This document shows, piece by piece, positions 27,701 to 39,153 of a stretch of DNA of 64,000 nt (within the stretch, counting starts at the first letter, position 1; each line of letters begins with the position of its first letter). The position numbers were made by a program, and so were the translations under genes. Under the pieces are notes generated by a model that was given only the letters and a program-made list of their open reading frames with translations, made no database searches and had not been told where the DNA came from. This DNA is from Ruditapes philippinarum (Eukaryota): NCBI RefSeq assembly GCF_026571515.1, contig NW_026852739.1, forward strand, positions 310,001 through 374,000, read 5' to 3'.

Positions 27701-30700
27701 TTTACCGTCAGATAAATTCATAAGAGACAGCTTTTGTTCTGTATAAATAACAGTTTGCAAATAATTTCCACTGATACTGTACTGCTTTGCATGAAGAAAA
27801 AGAATCATAAACTCGGAACTATATTTTATTCCATGCTAACACAAAATATTGAAAGGTCTCCCATTCGCTTTTTGATTTACTTTTCTTTTGGTTCAATATA
27901 TGAGAAAACTATTTTATTTTAATATTTTCAGGCAGTAGTTTTGTTTGCTCATTAAAACAATATCGTCTAAGTAAGTGTTATTCGACACTTTTTTATAATC
28001 ATGTTTTTTAAGCAGTTATATATACAATTTAGAAATGCTTGATTTGAGAATATGACATTCTGCAAATCAATTTCGCGTACCTTTTAATTTCCTTTAAAAA
28101 GAGTGCCTTCAAAGTCCAAGATATCTTTGAAAAAATATATTACTTTTAACACATCATTGGGGTATTATGATTTCCTGCGAAAACGAATTGAAGTGTTACA
28201 AAAATGAAATTTATCTTAACATCGGATAAATACTTTGGCTTAAACTTTGCTTTAAAAACCGACACCAATTTTCGGGGGCGAATATATAAAACAAGTAATG
28301 TTCAATTTGAAAGGTAAATTTTCTAAAGAAAAACGTTTACATTTAAAATAATAATTTCTGTCTGCCCCAAATGAAATTTTTGTAAAATAATATTTTCCTG
28401 TTGCGTTCCAGTTCTGTATATAACAGTGTACATATAACTTTGTATATTATTTTAACATTCAGACTAGCATGAATATAAGAAATATTGCCAATGTTAAAAT
28501 CTCCGTCTTTTCGGTCAAGGAGATTAGTGTTTTTACCTAACGGCCGCTAATTGCCCAAAAGAAAATCGCTCATAATTTTCGATTTCTAAGTATTTTGTCG
28601 GTAAAACGAGCATTTCAATTCCAAAAGTAATAAAAGAAACAATGTAAGTTTTCAGCAAGAATGTTCACTTTAAATGTCAAACCCCAAGTTTTCCATACTT
28701 GAAAACATTTTTTCTCCTTCCAAATCTCATCCGTATCTTTATTGTAACCGTGACTAATTCCTAAAGTTTGAAAATAATTTCTTGTCCCTTGTATATCTTT
28801 GAATACCGAAGTCCTTTTCATTTGTTTTTCCAATTGTGTGTGTTTGGGTTTGTTAACCCTCGCCACCGGAAAGAAACCATATGGCCGAGCAATTGTTTTT
28901 CACAATAAAGATGCCTGTAGTTTTATTACATTGTTCTTTTTAGTCCAAAAGGAAAGTTCATATTCTCTTAAACTATTAAATATTTCTAGAACTGAACAAT
29001 CATTCTCACAAAAAAATGTGAATACACAAATTGACTTACTTTCAATTCAAGCGCATGGCCATTTAGCGATGGCTATTTAATGCTAATATTATTTCTTATT
29101 TCATAAGGCATTTGAGCATTTTTTACAGAGGCCCATCTAAAAATAATTTATAGTTTCATCAAAATCTACAAAACAATTAAGGGATAAATTTCTTTCAAAG
29201 GTGTTTTTGTTTTTAGCTTTTGCTGCTATCTTGTTAGCAGACCGAAATAATTTCAGCAATTGTAGTACAGAAGTGCTGAATGATTATTTCTGTAGCGTTT
29301 CATTCAAATATGTTTGGCGGTCCAGAATAACATGTCACTAAACACTTTTTTCTTCTTCTTTTCTTTTCTTTTTAGCCCTGACGGCCATCTTGTTCAGCAG
29401 ACCGGCTCCATTGGCGGAGACCATCCAAGGACCATTCATGTGTAGATTCAGCACAATTTGTGTAGGGGTTTAGGAGTAGATGTCGTTTATTACTAAGTAA
29501 AAATGTTAACGACGAACGACGTACGCTGAAGACGTACGCTAAACAGACGGATATCAAAATAGCTCACTTTGAACTTGTTGTGGTCAGGTGAGATAATAGA
29601 TATCAAGATATTAGCAATTTCCTAAAATATTACTACATGGCACACATTTATTATACATGTATACCTCAGGATACTACGAAACAAATTGTTTTGTAAGCAT
29701 TGGTGCATGAAGCAAATTGGGTCAAAGCGATTTATTCTAGAACATTATTGCCATTCTAAAATACATTTCTATTATTGCCATTCTAAAATGCATTTCTATT
29801 ATTGTCATTCTAAAATACATGCTCAAAGACAGTAGATCTAAAATTAAAATGTAAAGAACAGTTTTTGCCAATATTAAAATAAAATGTAAAACATTATTCT
29901 GAAATAAAATGTTCAGGATATTTCTTTAACTTTCTTGTTCAGATCCTGAGATATAATACTTTCTCCAATAAAACAGATTCATTAAGGAACACATACCTCT
30001 AACAGCGTTCCATTTTGCAAGATAAATAACCCCATCGTTTATTCTGTCAAATAATTAAATATGTATCAAAAACTGAGAAAAACATATACAAGTTAACCAG
30101 GTTTACTTCGACCAGGTATCTTTTAAAAAGGTACATATTGTTTCATAATATAAAATAATACCTGTCTTGTAAATGAAACAGTAAGTGTTGGTGAGGCAGG
30201 ATATAGTTTATCTACTGTTATCTGTACTTTCTTCCCACTTGTGACACTGTGTGTAGCTGATGAAGCTTTACCTACAAATTAAAACACTTTCATGATTATA
30301 AACAAGAAAAGCATTGATGCAAAGCATCGATATCAAAGGCGACGCAAAAAAAAATTGATCAAGTTTTGCACCTAAATACTAAACAAAAGATGTGTACTTT
30401 ATAGCAGTACCATTACATGTGACCTGGAGGCTAGAACCCTGTTTAAGTTGAAAGTTGAACTGTGCCTTGCCAAGATGCAAAGACAATTTATAGTCAATTA
30501 ACCAATCTTATAAGACCCATGCCATAAGAGAGAATTTCTTCAGATTTATTTTACCATATACAAGAATACTTGAGTCATCAGCATATAATAAAAGCTTATT
30601 GCTTAGGGTTGCAAACATGTCATTGACATATATTAGACATAAAAAGAGGACCTAAAATGAACCTCAGGGGGACACCATAGGTACTCGGAGTAGTAGTAGC

Positions 30701-33700
30701 AAGATTACCAGCCACATCCACCAGTGCTGTCTATCAAAAGTAAGATTTGAACCATGAAAGAAGGTCATTACCTATGGCAGATGCTTGAACTTTCATGAAG
30801 GAGAAGAAGAAGAACTTCTTCATGTGCAGTATAGTGTTATCAACTGTATCAAATGCCTTTTGTAGATCTAAAAGTATCATGCAATACTGCCTTTGTCCAT
30901 TTCAAATTTAATTGAATCTGTTACATGAATCAAATATGTGTCAGTTGAAAACCCACTTCTAAACTCTAACTGAAACTGCCTGACCATGACTCGAACCCAT
31001 GACTGTCAGAAGACCAACTGAGCTATCAGGCCGGCTACACATTTTCTATTTAATAATGAAACAGTTATAAACCACAACATATTTCCCACTATATTGATGT
31101 GTGTCCTTAAATTTCTGATGTTTACAGAGCATAGTGAATTAAATTCAGGGTTATATGCAGTCACAGGATGAGAAAAACTTTCAACTTGACCAGAACTCGA
31201 ACCTGTGACCCACAGAATAATGTACTGCTGCTGTAGCGATTGAGCTATCTCAATTCTTTAATTCTTAATTAAACAAATAAGAAAAAAAGCTTACATACTC
31301 AAAATAACAATTTATTTATATATTGTATAATTATTTTTACTAAAAAGGGCTTAGACAGTTATTGGTTGTGGCATTATTTAAAACAGGTCAATTTAAAAGT
31401 GAACATAACTGTACTAATACATGTACAATATCTTTTTTTTGTGTACAGATAAAAAATTTGATTACACTTTTTTTGAAGGCTGATTTGTATTTTGCATCAG
31501 GGGCACCGGACAAAAGCAAGGTTCATTGCATTTTCTTGTTTTCATCTCGCGTCCGGTTACTTTTTGTACTTTGTTGGTTTTCATATGGCACAAATCACCC
31601 ACTATAAAATTTAGTGCGCAAATTTATTCAAGGGCAAGTAACAATCTACTATGAAAAGTCTGTTGTTGGGTTGACTCTGGAGACCTGGAGGTTGAGACCG
31701 GTGTCCCTCCATTACAAATAGATAAGACAGAAGCTGTCTTTTTCAAACTATGCACATGTTAGAAAAAAATTAGAATAACTGTCCAGAATATGATTTTTTG
31801 AAACTTTATTAATTATATTGCTTCATCCAAGTTTAAAGACATTTTCAAGCAATACATGTATTATCATTTATAACTTTTATGAAAGTCTCATACCTTTAAT
31901 AATAATGTCATAATTGTAACTCTAATTTTGAAAATCTATAAATGAATGAAAAAGAATACGGCATCAATGTAGACCACAGCGATATTCGAAATCCGGGTTT
32001 TAGTATTGCCAATAAAGCTAAGGGACAAGCTGTAAAACTGAGCCTGCAATTTCGTGAAAATAATATCACAATGCACATGCTTTTTACATGAAGTTATTAA
32101 ATACAAATATAACAACATATTTGTTTACTTGATTTTTACGAATCAAATATATAAAACTAATTAACACAACATGACATCAACTGCTAATAATAACAGCTCC
32201 TTCCATAGGTCAAAATAAAAAGCATTCCATAAGAGACGACGCCGCTCACCGGCGTCGCCAATAAACACTATTTGCAGAGGAGAATGCATGATTATGTTTT
32301 GCATAAAAGAATAAAACAGTAAAAACCATATTATAAAATATTATGTTAGCTTTCCTATCATTATATTATATTTACTTTGATATCACATAGCTGTATTTTT
32401 TTGTTTCAATTATTACGGCATATATTGATATTGTAAGAATGGAACAATCAGATCGTTCTTTACTATTTTATAACACAAGATCAAACTTAATAGTTCATGT
32501 GAAGTTACTTATATTGTTCTGATATTAAGTATTAATAACATAAAGGAAATACATTGAAACATTCGAAATCTATCATTCGGAATATTTCAAACAAACAAAC
32601 CAGTTATTTTATAATTGTACTATATGTATAATATGTGAAAATGGGGTTAAATACAAAAGAACAGTGATTAATTAAAAATAATTTCATTTATTGATCATTA
32701 TTTCCGGAAAAGTTACGTTATTGTATTATAAATCACATTGACATTTGCATTTTCATTCAATTAATAGAATATTAAACATCATTGAATAATTTGATGAAAT
32801 GAATACGCCAATGTATTGTTTTGTTTGTTGCTTTGTTTTAAAAAATACTTACACTCTATATTAAGATATTTCAGCCCACTATATTCAAAATCATTCCTAC
32901 ATTTATAATACCCTCCATCATTAAAGTCAGTGTTGTGTATAGTCAAAGTGAACGATGATGTCCCTCTGGTTTCTGTATATTTGTTGTTGTCTTCTGGTCT
33001 AGAAATAAGTCCATTTATTACTAGGTATCTGCTCAATCCATACCAGCTAAGAGTGCCAATGTTTCCAGTAACCTGACATGTTAGAACAGTATCATCCCCA
33101 CAGTTAGCAGCACTTGGTACCTGAATACTGACTGTACCTACAACTAAATAGAATAATTAAACAATTAAACAGATCCCATGTTAAAACATCTGTAACAAAT
33201 CCAAACCAGCCAGTAAAGTCATTATGACAAGTAACCTGACATGTTAGAACTGTATCATCTCCACAGTTACCAGCTCTTGGTACCTAGTGGATGTACCTAG
33301 AAGGTGGAATAATATTAAAGCTATGTATTGTTAATTTAAAATGTTATATGTGTTTCCTTTTCGTTCTCTATATTAATTGATGTATTTAAGTGTACATGCT
33401 AAGTTTGTTTTCTAACAATTTGTCTATAATAATGATGTTTGTCTAGTGGGATCTGTATGAGATTGTCACATTGTAATACATACTTAAATATGATAATATA
33501 CTGTCATAGGGTAGTTGAAATAAAATATGAATAAATATTGGTCGTTATGTTCAATATTTAATCCTTAAACTCAAAATGAGTCTCGTATCAGGCCAAACAT
33601 ACTTGCTTCTCACACCAACCTATATTTTACTCCACTCATTCAATATCTAATAGTCCCGTTATCCTATTAGTATACTCCTATAGTAACATGTAATTACCGT

Positions 33701-35954
33701 TCACAAGTGTTTATACAAAGTGATATTTAAAGGTATGGCTATGCATCATTACATTCCGTCACTGTTGTCACTGTGTATAGATGTATTTTCATGTATAATA
33801 AATTATCTATGATAATATTATATTATTTCAGTTACTAACATCAATAATAATCCAACGATCTACCAAATATTTGTGCAAAGTGCCTGCTCTAGCTAATGAC
33901 CGGCAAACGTCAATGGCGCCCAGCGTCCATAATAGATGTACAGAATAACTGACGATAATGCCATACAACTAGATAGAAGATTTTCACCTTGGAAATTAAA
34001 GGTGTGTTTATCAAGTTATTCATTTTGTCATTGGGAACCTACTGGTCATTGTGACGTCACGGAGGTATCCTGCCTTTCATTGGATATATTATCCACACCT
34101 TCTGGATATCGAGCACGTGCGCACGGAATTTCTCCATGGATTGATATTGGGCCCCAAATATGTCAATGCTTCATAGGAACTTTTTTGGATTAAATATATA
34201 GATGTTGATTCGTTTTTCCAAGAGTTCATCGTTGCCACGGATAACTTATAAAAATGTTTTGACAAGGCTTGAATAATGATATTGTACAATGGCGGATAAG
34301 AAAGTATTCATTACACAAATGCCAACAGTGTTCAAAGTCTTCACAATATGTATATAATTTTGTATAGCATGCATAGCCAGCTTTGTTGATACGGAGTTGC
34401 GACGATATTAAATTGCACCGAGAAATCCGAAGCATTCAGAATGTATATCGAACTGGCCATTTTGTTATATGGACAGCGCAATTGTGAGATCAAGAAGTTT
34501 AGAGGTAAACACATTGACTAGCAGCAGACAATAGAAAATCAATATACTTAATCCATGTAAAAAAGTAGCAAAGTTTAGTGATATGTTATTTCTTATCATA
34601 CATAGTATCTGAACAGTAACATAAATGTTATGTGTGTGTGTTTTAATTTTGTCTTCCTTTTACTGTAGACACATTGTACATGTGTACATATATGTTTCGA
34701 TTTATAGGCAAGAAATCATTAATGTTTTATCTTATATTACCTACAGTTTTATATTTTTAAAACTCTACTAAGCTATTATAAATAGATAACAATAGTAGGA
34801 TACTACTACATCGCGCACCTACAGAATGCCCCAAATCGAACTATTTGTCAATTCTAAGGTAAAATATGTTTCTATTTTTTTTTTGAAATCGTTAGAATAT
34901 AAAAAAATAACGCAGCGAACCAAAGATTGACTTTATAACCGTATATAATTTTAAAAATAAGTTTAAAGTTTTACGCCTAGTTTAGTCCTGAAAACGGGAT
35001 AAAAAAGTTTTTTCCTGAATGCTTCCACCCACTTGGACTCCCAAACAAAATCCATTCCGTTTTCAGGCTTAAACCATACAGTAAAACTTTAAAATATATT
35101 TTTCATATTAAGTCAGTGTAGATTCCAAGTTGAATTTATTGAACGAGTTTGGTAAAATTATATTATTTCATTCATCACATACCCAAAATGAAGACAAAAA
35201 TAATAATTTTCATTGACGCGGTGTTACGCTAACAACAAGCGGGTCTTTACGTTATGTTTGTACAACTAAAATGACTTCACGTGAAAATGTTTACACGGTC
35301 GTGCAATACCGTGTTTACGGACTCGCAAAAAGTGGCACGGAAGTGCCCGTCATATCAATATTTTATTTTGATCTTTCAATGAATGCTTACAATTTTACTG
35401 AACGCTAACTCAAGTAGCGATGTATTTTCGAGATGTGTTTTCAAAAAAAAACCTTTGAAATGTAAACACCTGTATAAGGTCAAATCAACGTAATATTTAT
35501 TAAATTGATGAACATTTTTTTCTTATTAGCTAAACATGTATGCCTCATTTTCTAGATGGTTATGTTTTAACCTTTTTCCTTATTCTATTCCATTATCTTG
35601 AAAATATATATGTATGAATTTCTTTATTATTTATTATTACATACCCCAAAATCAAGTAAAAAAATAATACACCATCTAACATTATTATAATCATTTTATA
35701 AATATCCCCTTTCTTCACTTCAAAATAATTCCATATCTCTCTATATATATTTCATGTATAAATTACAAAAAAAATCTTTTAGAAAGTAGTATAATAAAGT
35801 ACCTTCCCAGTTGTATTGGGGGTTTTACTTATTTTTTTAAGATGATGAAGCTTTCATAAAACATAACAAGTACGTTCCATGAATAAAGTACAATAAAATA
35901 ATTACCTTTTGACAACGAAATACATATTCCAATGATCAGTATGAAAACATTCAT
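12663..35954 (-). CDS. Gene B: IgSF type-I membrane receptor (SP, V2, X, 8 further Ig, FN3, TM, Tyr-motif tail with ITAM-like pair and ITIM)
   Basis: Exons 35906-35954, 32853-33137, 30162-30271, 25606-25780, 24780-25127, 23718-24023, 21425-21733, four garbled Ig exons in 18203-21130, 16961-17293, 16395-16703, 15396-15515, 14439-14472, 13851-13973, 13496-13563, 13231-13255, 12925-12992, 12663-12736; all clean exons are phase-compatible. Confidence 0.85.
12925..12992 (-). CDS. Gene B cytoplasmic exon with ITIM
   Basis: SKVEYENLPKKTCTTDAFKSEIA; 68 nt; near-identical to 42198-42265. Confidence 0.8.
13231..13255 (-). CDS. Gene B 25-nt cytoplasmic micro-exon
   Basis: VEKEKTAD; needed to bridge phase 1 to 2; paralog at 42564-42588. 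Confidence 0.7.
13496..13563 (-). CDS. Gene B cytoplasmic exon with ITAM-like motif
   Basis: INLYEKLERTTSTENTNAYDTIK; 68 nt; paralog at 43073-43140. Confidence 0.8.
13851..13973 (-). CDS. Gene B cytoplasmic exon
   Basis: RKSPHEGQQTQPTEMDNVAVNDLYEQTKPNDTNKSNINVNK; 123 nt, phase 2-2. Confidence 0.75.
14439..14472 (-). CDS. Gene B 34-nt juxtamembrane micro-exon
   Basis: DGIRTRLQAIF; paralog at 44797-44830. Confidence 0.75.
15396..15515 (-). CDS. Gene B transmembrane exon
   Basis: GSDTQSSSVGGIVGGVVSAMIVIALIVVLVVLLRRKAITK; 120 nt. Confidence 0.9.
16395..16703 (-). CDS. Gene B FN3 exon
   Basis: GPPG..VSWQQGYHGGFPQTF..STAYFVRIYAFNREG; 309 nt. Confidence 0.9.
16961..17293 (-). CDS. Gene B cysteine-less Ig-like exon
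   Basis: FPIITYL..DIGSYDVVVTNEINS; 333 nt. Confidence 0.85.
18203..18471 (-). pseudogene. Gene B Ig exon, garbled (homolog of 1970-2266 and 47784-48077)
   Basis: GKWVQT..GSQRLEFSGLTYE recognisable, many indels; GTAAGT donor kept. Confidence 0.7.
18535..18658 (+). mobile_element. Garbled 3' end of the MetaSINE-like element
   Basis: taatgcagggaaggggcacctggggtcc..ggaacgtcgcg..gacgtaaaaccaaaacc follows the SINE 3' end with homopolymer distortions. Confidence 0.65.
19427..19684 (-). pseudogene. Gene B Ig exon, garbled (homolog of 48278-48553)
   Basis: Remnants such as DAA..TCNA and DRP with splice sites; frameshifted. Confidence 0.6.
19914..20195 (-). pseudogene. Gene B Ig exon, garbled (homolog of 48999-49304)
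   Basis: TITGNK..CTLGSSNP remnants; nucleotide runs shared with the gene C exon (gtttccagttatggt, cagtattaatct..gtcgacgttt). Confidence 0.7.
20865..21130 (-). pseudogene. Gene B additional I-set Ig exon, garbled; no counterpart at this position in C
   Basis: SDSKPISKITWYHG and YGSY..KANNG remnants in shifting frames; boundaries approximate. Confidence 0.5.
21425..21733 (-). CDS. Gene B Ig (C2-type) exon
   Basis: LTCTTGSSNPASDITW..MDGDDITCSVSN; 309 nt. Confidence 0.9.
23718..24023 (-). CDS. Gene B Ig (C2-type) exon
   Basis: VRCTTSGCRPAASISW..ADNGQSIQCIVTHPAL; 306 nt. Confidence 0.9.
24780..25127 (-). CDS. Gene B Ig (C2-type) exon
   Basis: IQCTSTGGYPLPTVTWY..DDKKYLICRS; 348 nt. Confidence 0.9.
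25606..25780 (-). CDS. Gene B second half of domain X
   Basis: NSAIQISGSSACSSSKQNTSYYRCVWTSSNSLDDGSYTYSIVVK; 175 nt, phase 0-1. Confidence 0.85.
29050..29598 (+). mobile_element. Degenerate Helentron-associated (HINE/pearl-like) non-autonomous element
   Basis: Degenerate tandem units (ggccatcttgttcagcagaccg), a (GACG)-rich tract and a terminal hairpin agctcac..tcaggtgag. Confidence 0.45.
29744..29820. repeat. 27-bp tandem repeat, about 3 copies
   Basis: attattgccattctaaaatacatttct starting at 29744, 29771, 29798. Confidence 0.8.
30162..30271 (-). CDS. Gene B first half of domain X
   Basis: CKASSATHSVTSGKKVQITVDKLYPASPTLTVSFTRQ; 110 nt. Confidence 0.85.
30490..30978 (-). mobile_element. Decayed non-LTR retrotransposon (CR1/L2-like) reverse transcriptase fragment
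   Basis: FRSGFSTDT, LLDLQKAFDTVD, degenerate GVPQGSILGP and KLLLYADDS motifs, with frameshifts. Confidence 0.85.
30979..31255 (-). repeat. Two degenerate tRNA-like (SINE head) units
   Basis: Repeated ctcgaacc..gagctatc, the reverse complements of box B and box A-like sequences. Confidence 0.4.
32853..33137 (-). CDS. Gene B V-set-like Ig exon (V2)
   Basis: NCGDDTVLTCQV..SWY..FTLTIHNTDFNDGGYYKC; 285 nt. Confidence 0.9.
33195..33296 (-). pseudogene. Truncated pseudo-V2 exon immediately upstream of the intact V2 exon
   Basis: VPRAGNCGDDTVLTCQVTCHNDFTGWFG; AG acceptor kept, short deletion near the start, 3' half missing. Confidence 0.8.
34955..35100. repeat. Imperfect inverted repeat (MITE-like remnant)
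   Basis: tttaaagttttac..cctgaaaacgg pairs with ccgttttcagg..gtaaaactttaaa. Confidence 0.5.
35906..35954 (-). CDS. Gene B signal-peptide exon
   Basis: MNVFILIIGICISLSK-G then GTAATT; phase 1. Confidence 0.75.
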
Positions 35955-36004
35955 GATTATTTAAATATTACAGTTAAGATACATATATGTCTATAACGTT
36001 TAAA

Positions 36005-36013
36005 ACTTCCTTG
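36005..36013 (-). promoter_or_regulatory. Putative ETS-binding motif CAAGGAAGT upstream of gene B
   Basis: 51 nt 5' of the ATG. Confidence 0.45.
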
Positions 36014-36918
36014 TATTTTTGTTTACATCAACTTCCCATGTTGATATTCCGATATTTATAAATTGAATAAAGTACCCAGTTTTTTTTAAACATTTATTTA
36101 TTCATTAATGTACCCATATATGAGGAAGTTAAATCAGCTCGGTGAATAAACATTAAATCTTATGCTTTTAAACACGACAGTGATTTGTCTTATTGTTTAT
36201 GTATAGGTTAAAGTTTACAAGTACGTATTTACAAAATTAAATGCGTACTGATAAATTTTAACCAGCTTAGTTTTTTAAATTATTTTTATAAACAATCGAT
36301 TTACGAGACGTATTAATAGTTTGTCGATTTACCAAAGTAAATGTATTTTTGTATTCATTTGAAATACTGGAATCCTATTGGACAAAAATAATTTCAAACA
36401 CTAAATATGGAAGAGATGAAACGTGTATGGTTATGTCTATAATTCTTGCATAGAAACCACTCATGCAAGAGAACAAAGACAAAGATATAAATACACAGAG
36501 ATACAGAACGCTGCGTGCGTTGTACCTTGAACAATCGTGACAATTTATTATTTTTACCTAGCCCGCGATACACGACGCTACGAGGGTGAACACTCTAGGG
36601 CACGATGATAAAAAAGCGATAATAGCATATTTATTATTGCATCATCGCGATTTTCATATTATCGTCATCGTACAATCGAGTTTTCACCATCGTATCATAG
36701 TGAGCTCGTCGGGAAAATGACTTTCTGTATGCTATATTTCATGTTTTAACACGAAGATTTATCTGGAAAATGTTTATATTAATAAGTATTTTCTTCTATG
36801 AGTAGAAGGAACTTATAGTGGAACCCGTCCTGCAACATCGCAATCACGGTTATTTTATTAGGCATTACACATTTTAAATCTTATTTGCGTTTTTCTTTAA
36901 GTTAATCAATCGGTTATG

Positions 36919-37645
36919 TACGGAATCCCGTTTCCGCCATCGACTTGTCGACTAAAAAGATAACCCGACAACTAGAAATTAAGAATAAACTTACGACTTT
37001 TCGCTGTAAAAACGTACCCCGAAAACTAGAAAAGTCGAGGTTTTTGACTCGATAATTGTCACAAATCGTCAGCATGTCGACCTATAAATTAGCACGAAAA
37101 GTATATGTTAAATATCTTTAATTTCCACTAGTCGCATGTTATCAAAGGTCGACAAGGTGATATTTGCATGACAGTTATCGCAAAAACGTCAACTTGTCTA
37201 TCCATAATCTAGCGCGACAAGTAGAAAATAACCATAAAACCTCTAGTGTCGAAGTAGGATTGTACGGTGAAAAGAGTACACAAGACACGTATATATAATC
37301 CTAACCCGAGGTTTTGAGTGCTTATTTCAATTTGTCGGGTTATATTTTGGGTCGACAAGTCGACGTTTGCTTGATAATTATCATGATAATTATCATGCAA
37401 ATATCAACTTGTCGACTTGTGATAATACACGAGAAGTGGAAATTAAGGCCAATAAATTTCTACTTTTCGTGCTAAGTTATAGGTCGACAAGTTGACGATT
37501 TTGTGATTATTATCGAGTAAAAAACCTCAACTTGTTTTGTTTTCGGGGAAATTTTTTATGGCGAAAAGTCGAAATTTTATTCTTAATTTCTAGTTGTCGG
37601 GTTATTTATTAGTCGACAAAACGATGGCGGAAACGGGATTCCGTA
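36919..37645. mobile_element. Foldback MITE with about 300-bp arms, TACGG..CCGTA termini and 6-bp TSD (IS3EU-like non-autonomous element)
   Basis: TACGGAATCCCGTTTCCGCCATCG at both ends in inverted orientation; GTTATG duplicated at 36913-36918 and 37646-37651. Confidence 0.85.
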
Positions 37646-38152
37646 GTTATGAATAGAAATGTGAAATGCAATATCTATTTGTTACAGGCATAAGTTTCTG
37701 GTACAAATATTAGTAATCGTACACGATTATCAAAGTTCATGATTGAATGATTTTATCAATAGTGTGGTCAAGATTAAGAATATTGTAAAATATTATAGAG
37801 GTGTTTCAAATCAATACACAGAGTTATAATTTAAAAATGTTTCTTCTAAACCAATTGTTGGAAGACTTTAAACTTGCTTTTAGTGTATTATATCGGCTCA
37901 TCATTTACACAATAAAGATCGCGTGCGAATAGTGTGGCCTTTGAGTGGTACACTGCATTGCAGTACATTTTTGTTTATATTTTTACAATTAAATATTTTG
38001 CTATTTATAGTCAATTTTATTATCTTCAGTACGGTAGATGTATATAAGTTCATGTTTATTAGTATGTTATGTAAACTTGTCGATTTATTGTGAATTATCC
38101 TTGCCTTGAAAAGTCTATACACTTGTTTTTGTTTGTTGCACTTGCTCAGTGC

Positions 38153-38509
38153 CTTTCCGATGGTGTTGTGTGGCTAGGTATTGTCTTTCCGATGGTGTTG
38201 TGTGGCTAGGTATTGTCTTTCCGATGGTGTTGTGTGGCTAGGTATTGTCTTTCCGATGGTGTTGTGTGGCTAGGTATTGTCTTTCCGATGGTCTTGTGTG
38301 GCTAGGTATTGTCTTTCCGATGGTCTTGTGTGGCTAGGAATTGTCTTTCCGATGGTCTTGTGTGACTAGGTATTGTCTTTCCGATGGTCTTGTGTGGCTA
38401 GGTATTGTCTTTCCGATGGTGTTTTGCGGCTAGGTATTGTCTTTCCGATGGTGTTGTGCGGCTAGGTATTGTCTTTCCGATGGTCTTGTGTGGCTAGGTA
38501 TTGTCTTTC
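38153..38509. repeat. 32-bp minisatellite, 11 copies
   Basis: ctttccgatggt(g/c)ttgtgtggctaggtattgt head-to-tail, no spacers. Confidence 0.95.
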
Positions 38510-38639
38510 GCTCCCTTCTGTTCTGTTCTACCCTTTTATTATTATAATACCCATTCTTGTATTAAAGTTCAAAATTTAGAAAAGCATATTTTTCATGTGT
38601 CATATTTGAGCACCAATTTTTAAAGACCCTGTTTCAGGA

Positions 38640-38791
38640 TCAGATTTCGTGATGATTGATTGTCCCATGAAGAATGTACATTGTTGGTATATTCTCTATC
38701 GGCTAATGGATTTTCTTGTGTCCGAACACATCTACAGTGGCCTGGATATGTTGTGCTACTTGAACAGGTACCGGATCTAGATAGTGCTGGT
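38640..38791 (-). pseudogene. Orphan pseudo-exon homologous to the second half of domain X
   Basis: TCSSSTTYPGHCRCVRTQENPLADREYT vs ACSSSKQNTSYYRCVWTSSNSLDDGSYT; acceptor appears mutated. Confidence 0.7.
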
Positions 38792-39153
38792 TTGAAGGAA
38801 ATGAAATATAATTTTTTACACTTAAAAAAGTGGCAGGTCAAAAAAGGAAATGAAGGTTCGTAATATAATCCAAATGATAGGTTCTCAGTACATTTTTACA
38901 CACTTTTGTTATTTAAATAACGTTATCGCCTCCTTTAAGTATTATTCATGATTATTCATTTTACGTATACGTCTTATTTCATACTTTGAACAACTCCCAT
39001 TTTTATTGTTTTCACAAATCATTTTGTAACGATATAGTTAAGAAAATTGATTTTATTTTGAAATCGAGAATTTGTTCAAAGGGGAACTTTATAAATTAAA
39101 ACTGCGTTTACAAAAATAAGCATTAAAAGAAACATCGTTGAATATCAACGTAT

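Noticed and set aside
38153-38509. 32-bp repeats resembling a CRISPR array
   Set aside because: Units are contiguous with no unique spacers, no cas genes, eukaryotic context: a minisatellite
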